Shown: positions 1-12,139, counted from the first letter of the stretch. The stretch: 64,000 nt of DNA from Eledone cirrhosa (GCA_964016885.1 OZ024743.1:124682001-124746000); one strand, 5' to 3'. Notes: generated by a model from the letters alone, not told the origin. Numbers and translations are program-made.

Positions 1-474
1 GGAAATGAAATTTCGTTTCATTTTTCCGTTTATATATATATATATATATGTGTGTGTTTATTAATGAGAGTTTAAAGTTTAAGCAAAGAATCGCTGCTTT
101 TACCCTTATCTAATTTTAGGTTCAATACATAATATATACCAATTAATGCTGGAAGTACACTTTTATATATATATTGTGTGTGCGCGCGAAAAGTAAATAG
201 ATAACAACACAAAGAAACGATACTGTACAACAAAGAAATATATTACTGTAACGCTTGATACACTAGGATAAGTTTCTTACGGTTTCGGATGTTAGTCTTT
301 CATCAAAATATTGAAAGAGGGATAAACGAAGAAATAGAAAGAGGAGAGTAAAAAGAGGAAGAGGCGGGGAAAACGCATTTGGTGGGAAAAAGCGCGTACA
401 CGTTTAATTAATCCTTTAGGGAAAATGTGGGTAGATTGTGTCTTAGATATATGAACGGTTTTGAAAAGAAGATA

Positions 475-697
475 AATAATTGTTTCTTATATAGGCACAA
501 GGCCAGCAATTGTTGGGGAGGGGAAAGTTGATTAAATCGACCCCAGTGTGTGACTGGTACTTTGTTTTATCGACCCCATAGGAATAAAAGGAAAAGTTAA
601 TCTCGGAAGGATTTGAAATCAGATCATAAAGGGCCGTAACTCTATGCTGCAAAGCATGTTGTCCGACACCCTACCGCTACTGCCAATCCGCTGCCAT
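475..697 (-). mobile_element. tRNA-derived SINE, family A
   Basis: Reverse complement of the head ggcggattggcagt..ggtagggt and of the core cctttcatcc..ggggtcgataaaataaagtaccag seen in many copies. Confidence 0.85.
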
Positions 698-1207
698 TGT
701 CTGGGCAAGAAAAATAAAGGTGGTAGTGTTTAAATGAAACTTCAGTTTATTAATGTGTGTGTGTGTTTGTGCTAAGCTTGAAGGGTGCATGCACTAAGCC
801 GTGACGAACATAGCGTTCTGTCTGGGGGTGTAGTGGTGTAGGTGTGAGTGCGCGTAAGGTGTTGTAAGATATTGTAAGGAAAGAAAGACGTTGGAAAGTA
901 TGTCTGTCGCGTTGACCCATGTCGTGAGTGTGGTCGTAAGAGATACTGTGAAGCATTATGTACGACAACTACAACGGTACAACCTCGGACAGCTGAACTC
1001 TGAAGTGTGGATTCACTATGTACGACGAGGCAGATACAGCCAATAAGTGATGGGAAGCCGCCACCGTCTGCACCCTACCTCTGGCAACGGGTATCACATG
1101 AACATAGCCGCCCGTGCAAGAGAAACCAGCACACCTACATCCTCAAGCGAGAGTCATAAATTGTTGTGTTGGTTGTATGCGATGCCTGACTACATGCATA
1201 TGCGAAC

Positions 1208-1337
1208 GTATACATGTATACATGCATCTAAAAATGTAGGGCGTATACATGTATACATGCATCTAAAAATGTAGGGCGTATACATGTATCTAAATCTAGG
1301 GCGTATACATGTATACATGCATCTAAAAATGTAGGGC
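1208..1337. repeat. Tandem repeat with a unit of about 38 bp (tatacatgtatacatgcatctaaaaatgtagggcg)
   Basis: About 3.5 copies, one internally shortened. Confidence 0.85.
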
Positions 1338-1608
1338 GAGCGAGTCAAGGTGGAGACAATAGTATAGGTGGTGTTGAGAATCACAGTTTGGGGAGATGTA
1401 TGCGTATATGATGCAACAGTACATGTGTATATTCATATTTGTGAGCATGGAAGGCTAAATATTATAAGTGGTGGGACCGATAGGTCCAATAGGGTGGATA
1501 TGCATGCATAGAGGTTTCCCAGTGCTCCTCGCGATACTGTTATCTTTTGTTCTGATATTGCTGCCTTGTGCCAACAGTAGAAACGATTATTATATTTCTT
1601 TTTATTAA

Positions 1609-1798
1609 AGGGCGGTGGATTGGCAGTATCGGTAGAGGGTCGGACGCCATGCTTTCCAGCATAGTTACGTCCCTTTACGGTCTGAGTTCAAATCCCGCCG
1701 AGGTTGACTTTGCCTTTCATCCTTACGGGGTCGATAAAATAAAGTACCAGTAATGAACTGGGTAATTGCTGGCCTTGTGCCTAAAGTAGAAGCAATTA
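1609..1798 (+). mobile_element. tRNA-derived SINE, family A (near full length)
   Basis: A-box-like tggcagtatcgg, B-box gagttcaaatcc, conserved core and tail gccttgtgcctaaagtagaa. Confidence 0.9.
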
Positions 1799-2737
1799 TA
1801 TTTCTTTTTATACTCCTGTGAATAAACAACACTTGAGCACTCAAGAGGTATATATGTGTGTGTATGTAGAAAGAGGTATACACATATATATATATATGTG
1901 TGTGTGTATGTGTGAATGTGTATGTGAGTGTGAATGAGTGGGTGCATTGGTATAGTGGTAGGAGTCGTGTGTGTGTGTGTGTATGTGTGTGTGTGTGTGT
2001 GTGTGTGAGCGAGGCTAAATGGAGGTTATAGTAACTGTGGTAAAGATTATCGAGACTGTTGGATGGATGGAAGTAAAGGCCATTTCTAATGTAGTTCCAA
2101 TACGGAAATCAAGTTCTGCCGGGTGGAAGGGGAGGTAGGTGACTGAGGGTACAAGCAGAAATGATGGGACAGACAGGATTGTTAGGTTTGTGTATCTTGG
2201 GGAGGAGATAGATGGTGGGGATGCAAGGTGTGCGTACTATGGGGCTTTTGGTGGTGGGAGAGAAGATAGGAGATGAGTAGACGTATGGTAGACACAAGCT
2301 GTTGGTAGAGTGGGGTGGAGTCAAAAGGTAAAAGTGTAAGGTGTATACTCACAGTACGAGTGCCCCGCTGTACGAGCCGAGGCTCGAGCGAACTTTTGTC
2401 TTGTAGTATGAGTTGAAATCCGCAGTACGAACTAGTTTCATACAGACGACTGTTAGTCGGTGCTGAGCTCGCACACGCTCTCACAACAAACGTAGCTTCT
2501 GGTCGCTCAGTTCATGTGTTTACCTCGTTGTGGTAGTATCCCTATTGGGGTTTTTCTTAGTTTTGTGAATTTGTTGCTATTTTATAAGTGGAAGAGATTC
2601 GTTCCCCGAAGGAGGACATTGTAGCGGAGACGGCTATCTCTACGAGTAACATAAAGGTAGTGTTGGTAAAGTAACAGGATGTTTCTGAATTTGTAGAAAA
2701 AAAATCACCCTGAAAAAGTATCTACAGGTCGTGCAGC

Positions 2738-2942
2738 TGATTTACTTAATGTCACTGGATTCGCAATCGTGAGGTTGTGAGTTCGATTTCTGGACCAGGC
2801 GATGCGTTATGTCCTTGAGAAAGACACTTTATTTCACGTTGCTCCTTCTACCTGGAGTTACGACCGATAGATAGTATTAGCAATTGGAAAGACCAACGGA
2901 AACATTGTTTCCTCGGTCCGATTTGTCGAAAGTCGGTCGTTC
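2738..2942 (+). mobile_element. tRNA-derived SINE, family B variant
   Basis: gtgagttcgattt..gtccttgagaaagacactttatttcacg; near-identical inverted copy at 44910-45125. Confidence 0.8.
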
Positions 2943-2944
2943 CT

Positions 2945-3450
2945 TTATTGTTCTGGTGTATTTTCGTAACACTTTGAAAGGCAGGAAAAAGCAGACTTCT
3001 CTTGATATGTTTCTAATGAAATGACCTGCAAGTGTGGAAAGTGTGTCCAAAAAGCCTAAATTAAGCGAAGTGAGAGAGAAAACGCCAGAAATTGTTCTCC
3101 CCTAAGTCTTAATTAATGGAAGGAGATTCTCCTTTCAAACAATAATCCTTCTCCGTCGTCTTCCTCGCGCACAAATCGTCCCATCTTTAAGGTAATTAAA
3201 TTATTAAAACTAGTTTACATATTTCTTTTGCATTCACTTTTATTATGTTTTTATAATTGTCATTTTCCTGTAACTGCATCTTTTCTGTTTTAAAACCCAT
3301 AAAAATGATTTTTTGGGAGGTTTGTGGGGCTGGAACGGATTACTTATATCTTAATTAATTTCAATGGAGAAAATTGATTTGTAAAACGAGTAATTTGTAA
3401 AACGAGCTTGGTCATGGAACAAATTAAACTCATACTGCGAGGTATCACTG
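2945..3450. mobile_element. Tigger/pogo-like DNA transposon end fragment
   Basis: Ends cgaggtatcactg|TA (reverse complement CAGTGATACCTCG), a typical pogo-type TIR, with subterminal aaaacgag repeats; the other TIR is not seen. Confidence 0.55.
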
Positions 3451-3469
3451 TATATATATATATATTGTC

Positions 3470-3530
<61 letters not shown>

Positions 3531-3594
3531 GTAGAATACTGGAAGGTGATATCCGTAGTGGTAGAGCATTCAGTCCATGGGACGAGTTTGGTAG

Positions 3595-4159
3595 AAGTAG
3601 TAACACAACAGTTAGTTCACCATATCGAGAATAATTGTTTCACCTTAGTGGATCTTCAGCTCGGACTGGTCATGGTTAAACGGAACAGGAAGAACAACCG
3701 TATGAACGCGCATGCGCAGAAACGGTCACTTCACCCAAGCGATACAAAGCCACGAGCGAACGATGTAAGGGAGATAGCTGCGAAAGTCCGGAAAAGATGT
3801 TCGAGTTGATTAGAAAATTAGAATGCTGTTGTTATTCAATCCGGAGCTTTGTAGTTATACAAGAGGTGTTTCCAGACATGTGGACAACGCGAGAAGATGT
3901 CATTTCTTGAATTTAGGCAATGGCTATTGCGTAATCTCCTTATAATATTTATCCTTTCTTCAATACACAGTCCACAAGACGGATTACCCAGGGGTTATCG
4001 CAGTTATCTCCCTTATACCTTTCGCCCGTGGCTTTGAATCGTTTGGGTGAAGTGACCGTTTCTGCGCTTGCGCGTTCATACAGTTGTTCTTCCTGTTCCG
4101 TTTAATTATGATCAGTCCAAGCTGAAGATCCGCTAAGGTGAACTAACTGTTGTGTTACT

Positions 4160-4163
<4 letters not shown>
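3595..4163. mobile_element. Fold-back/MITE-like element with 170-190-bp inverted arms
   Basis: 3595-3783 is the reverse complement of 3998-4163 with scattered mismatches and one indel of about 23 bp; ends in (TA)n. Confidence 0.85.
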
Positions 4164-4212
<49 letters not shown>

Positions 4213-4278
4213 CGTTTCTGAATTTGTTTAGCAAGATTCTTTATCTGAAAACGTGTGTTGAAACCGATATTGTTATGT

Positions 4279-4370
4279 TTTGGGAGGGTCATGTTGCCAA
4301 TAATTTATAATAAATTGGAGTGAAAGCAACTGGTGCGTGTGTTTCTTATTGGCAACATGACCCTCCCAAA
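4279..4370. repeat. Perfect 25-bp inverted repeat between (TA)n runs
   Basis: tttgggagggtcatgttgccaataa (4279-4303) and ttattggcaacatgaccctcccaaa (4346-4370). Confidence 0.85.
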
Positions 4371-4731
4371 TCATATATATATATAACAAAACAAATTATA
4401 AAATAACAAGTAATAGACATAGATATATACTTATTTTTTCTTCAAAGTCCCTTCTGTATAGTTTCGCTGGTCAGTTTGAAACAATTGCACATTATAGATG
4501 TGTAATATTGTTGTGAGGCACACCACCTTTTCAAGGAACTCCTCGGGGAAAGTACGCTTTCCAGACACGTTCGTAGCAAGTGAGAAAATACCACGTGATA
4601 CACCGGTCAAGAAAGGGAGCTGAATCCCTTGTAGCAAGTGAAAAATATCTCAAAAGGCGGAGAGAGAAATTAATACATGATACAGAGCTTACAGGCGGGT
4701 AGTCAGGTGGACTGAAAGCGATTATAGTGTT

Positions 4732-4860
4732 TGCAGTTACTATACTATCGGATTGCAGTTACTATACTATCGGATTGTATACTATACTATAGTATTGCAG
4801 TTACTATACTATCGGATTGTATACTATACTATCGGATTGCAGTTACTATACTATCGGATT
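4732..4860. repeat. Minisatellite of 20-22 bp (gcagttactatactatcggatt)
   Basis: About 6 directly visible copies. Confidence 0.9.
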
Positions 4861-5245
4861 AACTCAACCGTAAGGGAGTTTGAAACAATATCATAATTGT
4901 TTAAACATTTGGCACAAGGACAGCAATTACCCAGTGCATTACTGGTACTTTATTTTATCGACCCCGTAAGTATGAAAGACAAAGTTAACCTCCACGGGAT
5001 TTGAACTCAGACCGTAAAGGGATATAACTATGGTGGAAAGCCATAATGAGAGACACACATATACATGTGTATACATACGTATATATATATATATATATTC
5101 ACAAGCATATGAGTGTGTGTGGTGTCAACCTTAACCAGTTTTGCTCTATGACTACGAGACAAAATAATCGAAATAATTAAATTAACTCGATATATATATA
5201 TATATAGAATAAGGAAATATTCATCAATGTTCTTACAGTATGTAA

Positions 5246-5276
<31 letters not shown>

Positions 5277-5359
5277 AGCTTTCACCGTATATTGACTAAA
5301 TAAATTTTAGCCTGATAATGGGGTTTAGAACCCTCAGATAAAGGGAAAAAGATGAGTAT

Positions 5360-5430
5360 TGACGTACATGGGAGTCGAATCCACATCTTTGGTTATCCAG
5401 ACCACTGTGCTGCCATTACACCAACACATC
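5360..5430 (-). tRNA. Second copy of the tRNA-like sequence
   Basis: Reverse complement of 5767-5837 with a few substitutions. Confidence 0.45.
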
Positions 5431-5766
5431 ACCCATCTCCTTCCATTCAAATTAGAAGCTACATTCTTAGCGAGTATAAATGACAAGTATGTTTTGAAAC
5501 AGTGAGCAGGTTTGAAATTAGAAAATAGAATAGCTTTAACCGTATATTTGACTAAAGAAATTTTAGCATGTACGTCAATACTCATCTTTTTCCATTTATC
5601 TGAGGGTTCTAAACCCCATTATCAGGCTAAAATTTCTTTAGTCAAAAATACGGTGAAAGCTATTCTTTTTTCTAATTTCAAACCTGCTCATTGTTTCAAA
5701 ACATACTTACTTGCCATTTACACTCGCTAAGAATGTAGTTTCTAATTTGAATGGAAAGAGATGGGT

Positions 5767-5837
5767 GATGTGTTGGTGTAATGGTAGCACAGTGGTCTGG
5801 ATAACCAAAGATGAGGGTTCGATTCCCATGTACGTCA
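5767..5837 (+). tRNA. tRNA-like (pseudo-tRNA) sequence, apparent anticodon GGA
   Basis: A-box TGGTGTAATGG, B-box GGTTCGATTCC, cloverleaf with several G-U pairs and mismatches, TTTTT about 9 nt downstream; lacks the long variable arm of tRNA-Ser. Confidence 0.5.
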
Positions 5838-5976
5838 ATACTCATCTTTTTCCATTTATCTGAGGGTTCTAAACCTCATTATCAGGCTAAAATTTATTTA
5901 GTCAAATATACGGTGAAAGCTATTCTATTTTCTAATTTCAAACCCGCTCACTGTTTCAAAACATACTTGTCATATT

Positions 5977-6010
<34 letters not shown>

Positions 6011-6659
6011 CGCGCCCGTGTGTGTATGCAGATCAAAATTGCTTTACTCTGAAAGGGGAAGTAACTCAATTAGTGTTTGTAAATTTTCGGTAATAGTTTT
6101 TTTCCTATAAAGGGAGGTAACCTCCTAAAAGAAGAATGTAAAGTGATGTAAACTAAGCCATTCGACAAATAGAAACAGAAAACCCCCCCAAAAAACTACG
6201 TATTGACGTCGACATTATTGAATAACCCTTAAAGATGGAAAAATCCCAATTACTAAAACTAGTTAAAATAAAATAAAATGTTTCTGTAAGAAAGCCCTCT
6301 TTTTGATGGTTATCAAACAATACAAATCAAAAATATAACAACTATTTCAGCTGGAAATGTTATTGTATTCGTCAGGCAGCTAAAGATGACGAAAAAGGAA
6401 ATGAAATCCAGTGTGTTGAGGAGGGTGCTGCAAACAATGGAATAAAATGGAGAACATTATCATAGGGCCCACACAGCTAACCTTTGCTTTGGAAGGAAAA
6501 ATGGCCTTAAAACGCTTGTTTTGTTTAGCTGGAAATGCAAAAGAGTGATCAGATGAAGATGAAGAATATTACACATGCTGGATCTAAGAAATATTTTGCT
6601 TTCTATATGAAAGGGGAGAGTATATACTAAGAAATGGTATAAAATATTACATTTACAAA

Positions 6660-7720
6660 TCTATACAGATGTTATTTCATCCTCAATGGTGTCCAACAGG
6701 GTGATTCCCTAAGCCCTCTTCTCTTTATCACAGCACCATCCAATGTTTACGACTTGGATGATGCAGCTATAGGCAGGTCTTCTGATACTATCTGGCATGA
6801 ACTTCACTCAGCATTCCCTACTTTGAAATCAACTCTGAGGTCATAAATGACAACTAGACTAGATTTCCATGGCCTCCATCGAGTCGAGCACTTAATATTT
6901 CACCAGGTGCTTGGTACTCTGATCCTTTCACCTGCTGTCCAGTCTATCTTCAAGTCTGTTCACCAGCGCAAAATGCTTGTGAACAGACTGCCACATATTC
7001 AGCTTTCTTCCTGCTGAGGAAATTCTTCACCACACTGAAGCTTTTATATACCTTCTGCAGCACGTTGTCTCACTGCACAATATCTCCATCCAGCATAGTG
7101 CATAAGAAATATACAGTCAAGTATAATAACACCAGATGCCTACAAGCCACATTGCAGTTTTGGTCTTTTGTCTCCAGTTAAATTGGCATTAGCAGTATTT
7201 CTTTAGTCTCTTGCGACAGATCAATCCCTCAGCAACAAGACTCTCCACAGCACATTGGAGCCTAGTGATCGGGATACTAATCTGTTTCTATGTCAGTGTT
7301 TTCCTAAGGCTTAGGCTCCAAATCTCTGAACAACACAAATGCTGTTGCAGATTCATGGTAGATGCTTCTGGACTTCACCTACTGCAATGCTACCTCCTAG
7401 TGACATACCACTCTCAATGAGTTTATTAAGTACAGCTTGGACAAAGCTGGCTTCCCAATGCAGGATTAGACCAAGGGTACAGCAAAAGGCTTGATGATAT
7501 CATAATCTTCTTGTTCCAAGGTGATAAGCTCTTCAGCAGCAATCTGGTGAATTCAGTACCAAACACAGGCTCCATTACCTAACAAACTGAAGATAGCAGG
7601 CTGACAACGTACCATCTGCTCTCTAATAGGCTTACCATCAAATCCATAATAGGGGAAACATATGGTCTTCAAACCACTTCCCTGGACAGAGATGGATATC
7701 TGCAAAAACAGGCCCAGGAA
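6660..7720 (+). mobile_element. Decayed CRE/R2-group (RLE) non-LTR retrotransposon
   Basis: aatggtgtccaacagggtgattccctaagccctcttctcttt translates to NGVQQGDSLSPLLF, followed by LDD; 7200-7660 resembles the RLE fragment at 50850-51850. Confidence 0.7.
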
Positions 7721-8464
7721 GGTGGACTGGTTATTTCAGTGGATTTCCTTTCCTATTCTCCACTGGGATGATGAGGCAACATCTATCTGATGTTTTGCAA
7801 AGGACATGAAAGAGTTTATGCCTTCAGTCTTCAGGTCTATATAAAAGATGGTCACTACTCACTGATGCAGTTTCTTTCCTAATACAACAGCTCTTACTAC
7901 AACTCTGAACAGTATTTTACTGGTACTTAGCCTGTCAATTGCTGACAATGAAAGGCTAACCTAAGCAGAATTTAAGCTTAGAATGTAAAGGATTTGTAAT
8001 TGAATGCCACAAGGCTTGTAATCAGTCACTTTATTGTTTCTAACATTCATTGATCTAATTTAAAAACAAACCCACAATGTAAACAAATCATGAGTCCATT
8101 GCTTATCATGCAAAGATGTTACCTTTTACACCTCAGATGGCCACTCTCCCTAAATACTTTACCCAATTATTCTTACCAAGAACAACATTTTGCTGTTGAT
8201 GTTTTATGAGGCCATTGAGCGACAGATGTTCAAACTGAACATTAACCACATCAAAGCCACTGGTCTGGGAATATGACCCACAAAGGTTATGGACACGGTC
8301 CCTCCAGCGTTAACTTATTTTCTTTAAAAATATGCATGTATGGAGCCATAACTCCTGATGGATTGTAGGGCACTGTAGTGGCATCACGTTTTGGGCATTT
8401 TAAACCTGGCGCAGCCCATCTCTCTCTAGGTCTGAACAGAGGGAGAGAGAGTAAGAAAGAAGTA

Positions 8465-8720
8465 GAGAGGAAGAATTGACCCCAGTAATGGACTAGTAGT
8501 CTTTTTTTCATCGAACTTGAAAGGATGAAAAGCAAAGTTGACCGTGGAGTGTTTTGAACTCTTAACAACGCTGCCAATTCACTGCCTTAAAATAAATAAT
8601 AATTGTTTCTACTTTAGGCACAAGGCCAGCAATTACCCAGTGCATTACTGGTACTTTATTTTATCGACCCCATAAGGATGAAAGGCAAAGTTAACCTCGG
8701 CGGGATTTGAACCCCGTAAA
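8465..8720 (-). mobile_element. Two truncated family-A SINEs
   Basis: ggtactttattttatcgacccc..aaggatgaaaggcaaagttaacc core. Confidence 0.85.
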
Positions 8721-10109
8721 TAATAATAATAGCTCAATGATTGCATCACATTAAAAATTAAAGTCTTCACTCTAATACTGCAACTTTTTGCAGTGATCTG
8801 TCCACTAGTAAAACATATTTTAAATATTTGAATTAACAAACCCATTTTTAAAGAGATTTTCTACTAAATCACTACAGGATGTTAAAAGTTAAGGAAAATT
8901 TTAACAACATCAATCTCAGATCTCAGTGGGTCTGCAAATGAAATGGAATCAGCTTCTTTCTGTAGATCCAACTCAAAAAATTATTATATATATAGCATGC
9001 ACCTGAAGCTTGAGAAGCTTTTGCAAAATAACTCAGGAGGTCTTGATTCTTGTTCCAAATAAGAGGACTTCAGTTATTATCATTCAGATGAGGTTTGGAA
9101 CAACCAATGCCAAGCAAGTGCATAAACTATTGCTCCAATTCTGTGTTTCCCTTCTTAGATGAAAGGATAGCCATAGCCAAGTTGAAATTGCTGCCAGTTG
9201 CCACTGTGTTCTTACAATTTATTAGTAGGATAAGACTTTCTCCTGGATCCTCTTTCTGGTTGCTTGATCTGCTAAAATTAGAAGCCAAATTTCCTTCAAA
9301 TTACCCCTACTGTCTTAAAAATGAAAGACAATAGATAAATAATAACAACAATAATAAAATGATAATACAACAGAGAAAATCCGGTGGTTGGTTTGAGTAT
9401 TCTATTTCAGCTTCTTTAATCTGTTTTGTGAAAATAGATTCTCAACATACAGTTTGCATTTTTTTGTTAGAATGAGTTTCATTACTTCAAATAATAGTCA
9501 ATATAATAATATATAGTGGTGGCAGAGTGGTAAATAAGAAACAAACAACAAAAACAAAAACAATAACACACTCTCCTAAGATTATATAACCTATAAAGAT
9601 GACGTCTATAAGTTGTCTTTATTTAAAATCAATTGAGATCATAAAAATGTTGATAACTAAATCAGTGTGGTTTATGAAGCACAAACAACTAAAAGACTGA
9701 ACTGCTGGCAAAGGCACATAACTCTGCTAGACTTGAACTGCTTGGATGACAAATAGGTGTGTACTACTCCTGCTTAACAGTTGGGTGGGGTTAGCAGTAG
9801 GAAGATCGATCATCCCAGCTGTGAAAAAAAAAAAAAAAAAAAAAAAAAACACAAAAACTTGCTGTAACAATATGCAAATGTCTTTTATCTTTTTTTTTTT
9901 TTAATGTTCAGTTGGAGAGTGAACAGCGGTGTCCATCACCCCTTTTCAGGGCCTCCAAAACTGATGGAATGGAGGAATGGAGAAAGATATATCCTAAACC
10001 AGAGACCTGGCATGAATACTCACAACAGAGTGGACTCCGCTAAAGGCACCCAAGGGACAGGTGGTGGTGTTAAATTGACTTACGGGTTGAGTCTACCACC
10101 CAAGTAGAC

Positions 10110-10652
10110 CACAGCGGAATTTGAACTCAGAACGCAAAAAGCCGGAACAAATACCTTAAGGCATTTCGTCTGACAATCTAACAATTCTGCTAATCCACCA
10201 CCCTGGACTGGTACTTTATTTTATCGACCCTGAAAGGATGAAAGGTAAAGTTGACCTTGGCAGGATTTAAACTTAGAGTGCAGAGAGTTGGAACAAATAC
10301 TGTGAGGTATTTGTCCTATGCTTTAACAGTTCCGTCAATCCACTGCCTTGTATTAAGTACTTTATTTTATCAACCCCAGAATGATGAAAGGCAAAGTTGA
10401 CCTCAGTGGGTTTTAAACTGAAAGCCACAGTGAACCTGAACAAATACTGCTAAGCCTCTTGTCCGACACTCTAAACAAATCCATCAATCCACTGTCCTGG
10501 ACTGGTACTTTATTTTATATATTTTATTAACCTCGAAAGGATGAAAGGCAAAGTTGACTTTGGTGGAATTTGAACTCAGAGTACAGAGAGCCAGAACAAA
10601 TGCTGAAAGTATAAAGCATTTTGTCTTATGCTCTGATGACTCTGCCAATTCG
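10110..10652 (-). mobile_element. Head-to-tail array of about 4 family-A SINE units
   Basis: Core repeated about every 145 bp (10208, 10356, 10501). Confidence 0.8.
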
Positions 10653-11535
10653 ATGAAAAAAAAAAAAAAAAAAAAAGAAACCGATTCCATCCATACTATT
10701 CAGGGGCGGGGAGGGGAGGAATAGTAAAAAAAAAATGTGTGAGTGGAAAATGAAAAAGTCACAAATAATAATAGAAAAAAATAAAAATCATTTGGAAAAC
10801 AATGTTTTATTTTGAGATACAATGAACAGGTGTCCTCTCGTTCACACAGAAGAAAGAACACACACATACACACAAATAAAAAATAAAAAACAAACAAAAA
10901 AGAAATAGTTGTATTTAGTAGTAGTAGTGATAGTAATAATAATAGTAATAATAATAATAATAATATTAATAGTAATAATAATAATAACAACAATAATAAT
11001 GATAATAATAATAATGAACAAACAAGAGTTAGCAAAGTGACACATAAGCTGTGGTAAATGTTTTGTTTTTTTTCATTTTTTGCAATATATAGTGGTCATT
11101 TTTTTATAACTTGCTAAATCTCTCTAGAGTTGCATTTTTTAACTTGCAATACATGATATTTTGATGATTTATAAAAAAAATTAAATGCAAAAAAAAAAGA
11201 GAAAGAAATGCTTATATCATCACATATCACAGAGGTGTACAGTCATACAAACAAAGTGGACATATTTAAAAAAAAAAAAACAAAAAAAAAACAAAGAAAA
11301 CAAACAAAAAACATATTTAGGATATAACAGAGACCGGTCGTCGTCATTGTAATACATAATCCCTTTAATGAAGAAAATAATAAAGGTAAATTAAGGAGAG
11401 AAAGATGGAAGGAAGGACTGAACAAAAGTAAATACTGTTAAGAAAATGTAGAACAAAAAATAAACAAAACAAAACAAAGCACAAGATTGTGGTGGCAGCA
11501 GCAGTGGTGGTGGTGGTAAAAGTGAAGACAAATGA

Positions 11536-11580
<45 letters not shown>

Positions 11581-11735
11581 CAGCAGCAGCAGTGATTGTT
11601 CAGATGATAATTGATATAAGTCAGAGTGAGAATATAAAGGCAGAGAATCTTGGCTGTTAGACTATATACATACACACACACCCATATATATATATACACA
11701 CACACACATATATATACACACACATATATATACAT

Positions 11736-11783
<48 letters not shown>

Positions 11784-11877
11784 ATATATATACATACCTA
11801 TACATACATATAAATATATATATATACATACCTATACATACATATATACACATACTTATACATACATACATACATAC

Positions 11878-11916
<39 letters not shown>

Positions 11917-12069
11917 TTCTATTAAAACTAAATAGTGAGTCTTTTTACCCTGGAGTATCACCTGCTTCTCACTGTCATCTTATCAGATGACCCGGGGAGA
12001 AGCAGGTGAATGAATATTCAAACTAACTCTAAATTCGGTATTGAGTACTCTTTTCTCTTGGCCGTCAAC

Positions 12070-12109
<40 letters not shown>

Positions 12110-12139
12110 ACACATACATATACACACACACACACACAC

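Larger units (their letters stand above)
190..2335 (-). mobile_element. Degenerate Penelope-like retroelement, interrupted by SINEs and microsatellites
   Basis: ORF 2109-2324 contains PCIPTIYLLPKIHKPNNPVCPIISAC, matching the PLE RT motif YLLPKIHK..NPGRPI.S. A degenerate (c/t)TGATGA...GAAAC motif lies at about 282-306 (minus). Confidence 0.65.
5272..5973. repeat. 260-bp tRNA-containing unit: about 1.1 copies inverted, then about 1.5 tandem copies
   Basis: catgtacgtcaatactc recurs at 5567 and 5827; 5272-5567 is the reverse complement of the same unit; (TA)n on both sides. Confidence 0.9.

Noticed and set aside
270-310. Active hammerhead ribozyme in the Penelope end (also 39595-39630)
   Set aside because: The cores are mutated (TTGATGA here; GAAA lost at the second site), so they are treated as relics.
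5767-5837. Functional tRNA-Ser(GGA)
   Set aside because: It has no long variable arm, has mismatched stems, GGA is atypical for eukaryotes, and it is embedded in a repeat; kept only as tRNA-like.
11958-12009. SECIS element
   Set aside because: There is no AUGA/GA quartet with an apical AA on the gene's strand, and no in-frame UGA to recode.
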